From: Oceanispirochaeta sp.
Lineage (GTDB): Bacteria > Spirochaetota > Spirochaetia > DSM-2461
NCBI GenBank assembly: GCA_963666275.2
Contig: CAXXOA010000001.1
Span: 2,272,001-2,336,000, forward strand
DNA: 64,000 bases
Reading direction: 5' to 3'
Position 1 is the stretch's first letter. The number at the start of each line of letters is the position of its first letter. Of the stretch, positions 57,025 to 64,000 are shown one piece after another. The notes below the pieces were generated by a model. That model ran no database searches and was not told the DNA's origin. It saw only the letters and a program-made list of their open reading frames with translations. The translations under genes and the position numbers were made by a program.

Positions 57025-58475
57025 AGCACATCCTCCACCTCGTCCAGCCGGAACTGGTATTCCAGAAGGCTGGCTTTGATATGCTCAAAATAGAGGGGAA
57101 AAAGCAGATTGTAAAAATAACTTGTATGGGCGATGGAGTTCTTTATTTCATCATAGTGAGAGGTAATTTTATACTCCTCCGATTTGATATACTCCGCATA
57201 GCCTGGAAATTCCTGCATGAGCTCCTCATCGTTATCTCTGGGATGCTTCACCGCATCCTGAAGATCACCCAGAATATCCATAAGATCCTTGAGTGTAAAT
57301 TCCTGCTGGATCACTTCCCTTGCCTTCTCTTCATCACCCATGGCCTGTGAAATAAAATACCTGTACCTTCCGGGAAGAAGGAGTCTCAGAAGCTCATCTT
57401 TCCTGATCACAATCTTCAGTTTATTGAAAAGGTCTTCCAGCTTGTTGATCACATACTGGTTTCCCCTGTAGTACTGCAGAAAATCAATGATCCTCGATGC
57501 TCCCGGTTCATCCTTCTGCAGAAGAAGGCCCACCTGCCGGACAAGCTCTTCGGGAAGATTGGGTTCCACCTGAACACTGTAGGTACTGAAACCGGCATTT
57601 TTCTTTTCTTTCAGAAAGACTTTGCTGAACCGGAAGAGCTCGTCTTTTTTAATATTCCTGTAGTCACTGAAAAGGGCGGATGCCTCTCTTGTGAAACGGG
57701 CATGATAGGCATCGACGATCCCCTGATCCTCCAGAAGCCTGTAATACTCCTCGGAAATCCGCAATCCCCCTATCGGAGCTGTTGATTCCATCCTCTTGGC
57801 ATAAATAACAGGCATACCGATAACATCCCAGTGCTTGGCTCCGTCAGGACCGAAGTTTCCGATCTGAACTTTACCGATAGAGGCGCCTACCCTGATACGG
57901 ATCTGAAATAGAGCGTTTATGGAGGGAGAGAGGAATTCATTGTTTCGCAGGCCCCGGATAATATCAAAAGCCTGAAGGATATTATGTTTGGTCTGACTCT
58001 CTTCCTCGGAATAGAGGAATTTGTCGTTGGCCTGATTGAAGAGATTACAGACCCTCTGCAGCTCAACACAGGTATAAAACAGTTCCGTGGAGATATAAAG
58101 ACGGATCTCCTCCTCGGTGAGCCCCTTTGTTTTGGGATCAATCGGACCGCCGTACTGGAACATAAGGCTGTCCCCTTCAATTTTGTTCAGATACCCGCCG
58201 TGTTTTTTCAGAACCCAGTCAAAAGCGGAATAGAGTCCGTTCAGAATGGTCTGATTTTCCTTGGCACTGAGGAATTTGGAAAGGAACGTATAGTCTGCCA
58301 CATCCAGGAATCCAATCCCCACGAGGGCCTCTTCGGACTCTTCGGGAATGGCTCCGAATTCGGAAATAGCATCTATCAGATGTTTGGGAAGATAGTATCT
58401 CTCTATATCATTACGGATTTTCTGATCCTGACTTATGGCGGGCTCTTTTTTCTCTTCTTCACTCACTGGGCTCAT
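57021..58475 (-). CDS. Class III adenylate/guanylate cyclase-domain protein
   Basis: RYYLP, FLDVADYT, KIEGDSLM, IRVG, GNFG, WDVIG, AKRMES. Confidence 0.82.
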   Translation of the reverse strand: MSPVSEEEKKEPAISQDQKIRNDIERYYLPKHLIDAISEFGAIPEESEEALVGIGFLDVADYTFLSKFLSAKENQTILNGLYSAFDWVLKKHGGYLNKIEGDSLMFQYGGPIDPKTKGLTEEEIRLYISTELFYTCVELQRVCNLFNQANDKFLYSEEESQTKHNILQAFDIIRGLRNNEFLSPSINALFQIRIRVGASIGKVQIGNFGPDGAKHWDVIGMPVIYAKRMESTAPIGGLRISEEYYRLLEDQGIVDAYHARFTREASALFSDYRNIKKDELFRFSKVFLKEKKNAGFSTYSVQVEPNLPEELVRQVGLLLQKDEPGASRIIDFLQYYRGNQYVINKLEDLFNKLKIVIRKDELLRLLLPGRYRYFISQAMGDEEKAREVIQQEFTLKDLMDILGDLQDAVKHPRDNDEELMQEFPGYAEYIKSEEYKITSHYDEIKNSIAHTSYFYNLLFPLYFEHIKASLLEYQFRLDEVEDVL

Positions 58476-58650
58476 AGAGTTACAGTCTTCTCCATCTGGA
58501 TTATGATGATTTAATAATTATACACACATATTATACATAATTATTGATGATGATTCATTCTTTTTTGGGAATTTCAAATTAATGCCTGTTTACAACCATA
58601 TTGTTACTGATATAATTTCCCCATTCACCGGTGAGAACAGGAGCTATTTT

Positions 58651-59838
58651 TTGGTACTGAATGAAACAGTTGAGAAAAAGATCATACCCATTGCCGGCGG
58701 CAAAGGCGGAGTGGGAAAATCTGTTTTATCTGTGAACATTGCCTTGTCACTGGCAATTTCAGATAAAAGAACAATCCTTGTTGATATGGACCTGGGAGGT
58801 GCCAACCTCCATACAATTCTGGGCATTAAAAACACCAATCCCGGCATAGGCACCTATCTGCAGGATAAAAAGAGGACTTTTCAGTCCCTGGTAATTGAAA
58901 CACCCTACAAGAATCTGCATTTTATCCCGGGGGATACCCTGTCCTACGGCATGGCAGACATTACAGACACCCAGAAAAAGGAGATAATGAAGGAACTTCA
59001 GGAACTGGATGCAGACTATATCATTCTGGATCTGGGGGCTGGCAGCAGCTTCAACACCATCGATTTCTTCCTTATATCCAACTCGGGACTGATTGTGACA
59101 ACACCCCATGCCAGTTCGATTATGAATGCCTATTCATTCACGAAAAACCTGACAATCCGATTCCTTCACAAAGCTTTCAGCAGGCATAAGAAGATGGAGA
59201 GCTACCTCAGAAAGAACATCAGGCGAATGCTTCCGGGATCAAACCTCACCCTGGCTCATCTTCTGGAGGAAGTGGGAAAGGAAGACCCTGAAATCAGGGA
59301 TAAAGCGACAGCCTACCTGGAAGTCCTGCAGCCCAAGCTCATTCTGAATATGATGGAGGAGCAGGAGGATTTCCAGATGGCTGAAAACCTGGGACAGCTG
59401 ATTGCCAAAGATCTGCTTGTCGAGATGGAATGCCTGGGAACCGTACTCTATGACAAGGAGATTGATGAATCCCTTCACAACCGGCAGCCCTTCCTGCTGG
59501 ACCATCAGGATACACTCACAGCCCAGCAGATATTTCGCCTGGGCCAGAAAATCGTGCAATCCCGCCATTTTCCCGAGATGCCCCTGGATATAGCTTCCTA
59601 CGGCAGCTCATTCGGCCTGGCTCAGATTGAAACTGAAAATGATTTTGAGCTCTACAGAAAGATTCAGGAAGAGATCGAAAAACAGAATCAGAGCGAATAC
59701 GATGTGGATCAGCTGATGGAAATCATTGAAAAACAGCAGGAGAAAATCCGTGAACTCCAGAGTACTATCAGGATGATGGGCCTCGGCGGAGGAGGCGGCG
59801 GCGGAAACCCTATGGGAGGGCTCTTCAGCATAGGCTAG
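58651..59838 (+). CDS. MinD/FlhG-like P-loop ATPase with a C-terminal coiled coil
   Basis: AGGKGGVGKS, DMDLGGANLH, DLGAG, S..NAY; start taken as TTG 58651 after AGGAG. Confidence 0.85.
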   Translation: MVLNETVEKKIIPIAGGKGGVGKSVLSVNIALSLAISDKRTILVDMDLGGANLHTILGIKNTNPGIGTYLQDKKRTFQSLVIETPYKNLHFIPGDTLSYGMADITDTQKKEIMKELQELDADYIILDLGAGSSFNTIDFFLISNSGLIVTTPHASSIMNAYSFTKNLTIRFLHKAFSRHKKMESYLRKNIRRMLPGSNLTLAHLLEEVGKEDPEIRDKATAYLEVLQPKLILNMMEEQEDFQMAENLGQLIAKDLLVEMECLGTVLYDKEIDESLHNRQPFLLDHQDTLTAQQIFRLGQKIVQSRHFPEMPLDIASYGSSFGLAQIETENDFELYRKIQEEIEKQNQSEYDVDQLMEIIEKQQEKIRELQSTIRMMGLGGGGGGGNPMGGLFSIG

Positions 59839-59845
59839 GTCTATA

Positions 59846-59870
59846 CGGGTTTATATAAGATATAAACCCG
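59846..59870. terminator. Hairpin between convergent genes
   Basis: CGGGTTTATAT-AAG-ATATAAACCCG. Confidence 0.65.
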
Positions 59871-59896
59871 GTATATTTAAAAAAAGGATGAGATGA

Positions 59897-60445
59897 TCAG
59901 CCGAAGGGATTAACCATTTTCGGAATGTATTTATCGATCATTTCAGTGGCTTTCTGCGCATCCGTCCTGGGAATGTTCACATTTTTCCACAAAACCTGAT
60001 TAAAATAATTATTCATGGACTGTCCGATGTTCTCGTCTTTGAAAACAACAAAGGACTGGTTCAGACCGGTTTCATTCATAACAGTAAAAGAGGTGTAGGT
60101 TTCCACAGGCTCTTTTCCTACCATGATTTTCGTCTGTCTTTTCGTCACATAGGTATCCACTTCCTTAAAGCGGTAAGGAATTCTATGCCTGTCATCCCGA
60201 TAACTCGGTTCTGTATGTTTCTGGGAATACGATGAAGGTTCTACAAGAACAAACAGTTTAAGCCCATCGGCCTGAAAAGTAATACCCTGATCATTGGCAT
60301 ATATATCTTTTACATTTCCATAGGATATCATCTCAATTCTGGTATAATTAGAGTTATCATCGAAAAAGTTAGATAGAATATAACCGCCATCGGTAGGGAA
60401 TTCACCCTTCCTGTAAGCATCAAAAAGATCCATTATTTTAGCCAT
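59897..60445 (-). CDS. Hypothetical cytoplasmic protein
   Basis: 182-aa ORF with RBS AAGGAG; no family recognised. Confidence 0.75.
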   Translation of the reverse strand: MAKIMDLFDAYRKGEFPTDGGYILSNFFDDNSNYTRIEMISYGNVKDIYANDQGITFQADGLKLFVLVEPSSYSQKHTEPSYRDDRHRIPYRFKEVDTYVTKRQTKIMVGKEPVETYTSFTVMNETGLNQSFVVFKDENIGQSMNNYFNQVLWKNVNIPRTDAQKATEMIDKYIPKMVNPFG

Positions 60446-60475
60446 ACCTTCTCCTTATATAATATATGAGACCAT

Positions 60476-60511
60476 TATAGGGCTGTTAGCTCAAAAAGAA
60501 ACAGCCCTATA
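60476..60511. terminator. Hairpin downstream of ilvN copy 2
   Basis: TATAGGGCTGTT...AACAGCCCTATA, 12-bp stem. Confidence 0.55.
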
Positions 60512-60540
60512 TATAAAACTATGGTTAATTATAAAGAATC

Positions 60541-61014
60541 TCAACCTCTTTTTAAAGCAATTTTTCCAGTTCTGATAGTTTCGACAATATCATAGTGACC
60601 GAAAAGGTCAATGACACTGTCGATATCATCGGTATCACCGGTCACTTCCAGAATCCAGAGATCTCCCGAGGCATCAATAATTTTAGCCTGAACCGATGAT
60701 ACCAGCTGGAGTATTTCTGATCTGTGCTGTTTATCCGCTTTGATTTTCAGCAGAGCATGCTCCCTGCCGACAATGGAATCCATTTTATAATCCCAGACAT
60801 TTATCACGTTGATCAGCTTCTGAAGCTGTTTTCTTACCTGTTCCAGAACAGTATCATCTCCATTGACCACAATGGTAAAACGGCTTTTACCCGGGCGGTC
60901 TGTATTACCGACAGAAAGGCTCTCAATATTGAAACCCCTCCTTGAAAAGAGGCCGGAAATGCGGGTCATAACACCGGGGACGTCATCACAAAGAATAGAA
61001 ATGGTATGTTTCAT
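60541..61014 (-). CDS. ilvN: Acetolactate synthase small subunit (copy 2)
   Basis: PGVMTRISGLFSRRGFNIESL, EQV.KQL.KL, RTG. Confidence 0.95.
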   Translation of the reverse strand: MKHTISILCDDVPGVMTRISGLFSRRGFNIESLSVGNTDRPGKSRFTIVVNGDDTVLEQVRKQLQKLINVINVWDYKMDSIVGREHALLKIKADKQHRSEILQLVSSVQAKIIDASGDLWILEVTGDTDDIDSVIDLFGHYDIVETIRTGKIALKRG

Positions 61015-61016
61015 AA

Positions 61017-62690
61017 TTATTCCCTCCCTTCTACTACATCAACAATTGAGCTTCCGTTTACCATGGGAAATGCATTCTCATCCCGTCCGATAAGACAATC
61101 CACAATATGAACGCCCTTATCCAGTTTTCCGGAAGAGATAAGAGCTCTCAGTTCATCCTGATTGACCACCTTATGCCCCTGCCCTCCCAGACTGGCAGCC
61201 AGATTCGAATAATCGATATCCGCAGACAGATGACTGATATCAAAACCGCTCTGATAGAACTCATCCTGAAGCATACCGATCATACCGAGTTTGGAATCAT
61301 TCATTAGAAACAGGACAATATTAAGATTATGCTCCGCAGCGACGATGATCTCCTGGCTGTTCATCATAAAACCGCCGTCACCGTTAATGACAACGACGCG
61401 TTCATCAGGACGACCGAAGGCCGCTCCCACTCCCGAGGGCAATCCGAAGCCCATTGTGCCCAAACCGCCGGAGCTTATGAAAGTCCTTCCGCTTCTGGAA
61501 TGGATTTCGTGGGCCGAAAACATCTGATGCCGTCCGACATCTGTGGCAACAATCGGATCCTTTATATACTCCTGCATGATCCTGAGTACTGTATTGACAG
61601 TCAGGATAGACTCGGGAATATCCGGCTTCATGGAGTTGGTTTCAATCGTTTTCAGCCTGTCGATCCAGTCCTGATGTTTCCCTTTCTTCACAGCTTCATT
61701 GAGTTTTCCGAGTATCTGCTTGAGATCTCCTACGATGGGCAGAAGAGTCTCTATGTTCTTTCCGATTTCCGCCGGATCAATATCGATGTGAATGATTTTC
61801 TTGTGTCCCGGGTATGTTTCCAGATTGATTGTGTGTCTGTTGCTGAAACGGGCTCCGAATGCCAGGATGACATCCGATTCATCGATAGCTGTATTGGCAG
61901 CTTTTCTACCATGGTAGCCACACATTCCCAGGTTCAGTTCATGGTCATTATCCAGAGCGGATTTTCCCATGAATGTATATGTCAGAGGAATGGATGTTTT
62001 ATCCACAAAGGTTTCCAGTTCTTTGAAAGCCTCTGCCGATACGACACCGCCACCGGCAATAATCAGAGGTCTCCGAGCCTGTTCTATCAATTTGAGAATT
62101 CTTTTGATCTGTCCGGGATGGCCTTCGGAGTTGGGATTATATCCTTCCAGAACAATCTCTTTGACCGGAGGGAGAGTAAACTCCTCCTGCAGAACATCCT
62201 TGGGGATATCAAGAAGCACAGGCCCTTTCCTTCCCGTATTGGCAATATGAAAAGCCTCTTCCACCCTTGCAGGGATCTCTTTGACATCCTGGATCAGCAG
62301 GTTGTGTTTTGTAATGGGTATGGTAATACCGCTGATATCCACTTCCTGAAACGCATCGGTACCTATATTACTTCTGGGAACCTGACCTGTGATAGCCAGG
62401 ACCGGAACAGAGTCCATATAGGCTGTGGCTATTCCTGTGACCAGGTTTGTCGCTCCCGGTCCGCTTGTAGCCATACAGACACCGACTTTACCGGTAGCCC
62501 TTGCATAACCATCAGCCATATGTGCTGCGCCCTGCTCGTGCCTGGCAAGCACATGTTTAATCGAACTGGTAGCTAAAGCTTCGTAAATCGGCAGGTTTGC
62601 TCCGCCGGGATAACCGAAGATTATTTCAACACCCATTTTCTCAAGGGTCCTGACGAGTGCTTTAGCTCCGTAAGTTCGCCCTTTTTTCAT
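61017..62690 (-). CDS. ilvB: Acetolactate synthase large subunit (copy 2)
   Basis: [43 protein letters not shown]. Confidence 0.94.
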   Translation of the reverse strand: MKKGRTYGAKALVRTLEKMGVEIIFGYPGGANLPIYEALATSSIKHVLARHEQGAAHMADGYARATGKVGVCMATSGPGATNLVTGIATAYMDSVPVLAITGQVPRSNIGTDAFQEVDISGITIPITKHNLLIQDVKEIPARVEEAFHIANTGRKGPVLLDIPKDVLQEEFTLPPVKEIVLEGYNPNSEGHPGQIKRILKLIEQARRPLIIAGGGVVSAEAFKELETFVDKTSIPLTYTFMGKSALDNDHELNLGMCGYHGRKAANTAIDESDVILAFGARFSNRHTINLETYPGHKKIIHIDIDPAEIGKNIETLLPIVGDLKQILGKLNEAVKKGKHQDWIDRLKTIETNSMKPDIPESILTVNTVLRIMQEYIKDPIVATDVGRHQMFSAHEIHSRSGRTFISSGGLGTMGFGLPSGVGAAFGRPDERVVVINGDGGFMMNSQEIIVAAEHNLNIVLFLMNDSKLGMIGMLQDEFYQSGFDISHLSADIDYSNLAASLGGQGHKVVNQDELRALISSGKLDKGVHIVDCLIGRDENAFPMVNGSSIVDVVEGRE

Positions 62691-62820
62691 CTGCTCCTCC
62701 CTGTATAAAGATTAAATGAAACTCATTATATTCAATATTCTTAATTTTGCAATAAAATCAGGGTAAAAAAGTGATAAGTTCTATATCCATGGTAATTTTT
62801 TTTCATTATTATAATTACTT

Positions 62821-63708
62821 ATGCAGGATATTCGCAGATCTCTTATGATTTTTCACCTGAAAGAAGACTATTCTCAAGTAGAGTTACAGAAAGCCTACAA
62901 AAAACTTGTCAAAAAATACCATCCCGATTACAACCAGCAGAACCAGGAATGGGCACATCAGAAGATGACTGAGATAAATCTTGCCTATGAACTCTGCAAA
63001 GAGAAACTGACAGACACGGAGACGGAAGCTCCGCGGGAAAAGGAATCTCAGCAGCAGTATTCAGGACACAGTTCCGAATCCGACCAGAAAGGATCCAACC
63101 CCTTTCAGCGGGAACAGCCCTATCAGGGAAATCCTTCTGCCCAGCCCCTAAGCGCTGAATTCCACAGGCAGATGCAGAAAACGACCTACGCCTTCTGCCA
63201 TGCCACGGATATTTTTTATGAATACGGCCTGCACAACCGCTTTCTCCGCTATGAGGGAAACCGAAAATTCCGCTACCGTCAGTGTCTGAGAGAGCTGGAA
63301 GCGGTGATTGATTCCATCAGGGATCTAACCCCCTTAACACGGACCAGCTATGACAATCATATAAAAGGAATCTATTCCAGATTTATTCTGAACTATTACT
63401 GTTTCATTATACTGGACGAGGGAGATATCCCCCGTCATCCTAATATCAATTCTCATTGGAATAAAATGGAAGAGTATCTGAACAAGAGTCTGATTGAATA
63501 TCTTGCCTCTCATCTGACAGAACAGTTTAAGAGGACCAGCTGGCAGGTATCTCTGGCTCACTGCCTCACTCACATACAGTATCTGCAGAGGAAATTCCCC
63601 GCACTGGAAAAAGAGGATACATTTATTCGTATTGTGAGACTGGCAGAAAGCTATACAGAGATACGTCAGGAAGAAGAGCGGAGTCACCTCCGCTTCTTCC
63701 TTCCCTGA
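62821..63708 (+). CDS. N-terminal J-domain protein
   Basis: AYKKLVKKYHPD...EINLAYE. Confidence 0.85.
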   Translation: MQDIRRSLMIFHLKEDYSQVELQKAYKKLVKKYHPDYNQQNQEWAHQKMTEINLAYELCKEKLTDTETEAPREKESQQQYSGHSSESDQKGSNPFQREQPYQGNPSAQPLSAEFHRQMQKTTYAFCHATDIFYEYGLHNRFLRYEGNRKFRYRQCLRELEAVIDSIRDLTPLTRTSYDNHIKGIYSRFILNYYCFIILDEGDIPRHPNINSHWNKMEEYLNKSLIEYLASHLTEQFKRTSWQVSLAHCLTHIQYLQRKFPALEKEDTFIRIVRLAESYTEIRQEEERSHLRFFLP

Positions 63709-63710
63709 GA

Positions 63711-64000
63711 CTATTCCTGCTTCAGATTCTTCTGTGCCACTGCCAGTTTGGCAATGGGTATTCCATAGGGAGAGCAGGATACATAATTCAGTCCCTGATC
63801 CATACAGAATTCAACATTTTCCGGTTCAGCACCATGCTCTCCGCACAGCCCGAGTGTGAGATCAGGCCTGACAAGCCGCCCCCTCTCTGCTGCAATGGAA
63901 ACCAGTTCCTTAACAGGACTGTTCAGGTATTTGAAAGGATTTCTCTCCAGAAGGTCAAATTCATTGTAATCCGTAAAGAACGAATTAAAGTCATCCCTTG
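63711..64000 (-). CDS. 3' end of a pyruvate phosphate dikinase-like / PEP-binding protein (partial)
   Basis: Hand translation RDD...NPF...GR..RPDL.LGLCGEHGAEP...LNYVSCSPY..PIAKLA.AQ; stop at 63711. Confidence 0.85.
   Translation of the reverse strand, partial: RDDFNSFFTDYNEFDLLERNPFKYLNSPVKELVSIAAERGRLVRPDLTLGLCGEHGAEPENVEFCMDQGLNYVSCSPYGIPIAKLAVAQKNLKQE

Noticed and set aside
59781..59820. GGN run at the end of the FlhG-like gene
   Set aside because: Mixed Gly codons for a low-complexity tail, not a DNA repeat element
1..64000. CRISPR array, tRNA/rRNA, prophage, transposase, integrase or anti-phage genes
   Set aside because: No regularly spaced repeats, cloverleafs or matching proteins seen by eye; short degenerate elements could have been missed

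Overview
Gene-dense chromosomal window from what looks like a free-living spirochaete (Spirochaetaceae-like). This assignment is inferred from gene content: spirochaete-style HD-GYP protein, FlhG-like ATPase, LoaP-type NusG paralog and eukaryote-type UGPase. Housekeeping flanks carry alaA, hisI, a DAHP synthase, two ilvBN pairs, rbgA, gltBD, aminopeptidase P, cmoAB, ygiQ and the end of a PPDK-like gene. Between them lies an accessory-looking block (~21.5-41 kb). It holds a GH32 + mfpsA/mfppA-like compatible-solute cluster, a receptor ending in a Zn-finger, an MCP, two lipoprotein esterases behind a MerR-type promoter, and an arsR-arsP unit with paired operators. I saw no tRNA, rRNA, CRISPR array, transposase or phage genes. 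The best leads not shown in the ORF track: (1) a candidate ~90-nt sigma-28-dependent sRNA with an anti-SD loop and its own terminator (50511-50603), beside three REP-type repeat families; (2) an unannotated 46-aa zinc-ribbon gene (21721-21861, minus); (3) a MerR/CueR-like 19-bp-spacer promoter driving the esterase pair; (4) an orphan LoaP upstream of gltBD. All calls come from motif recognition by eye; no searches were run.
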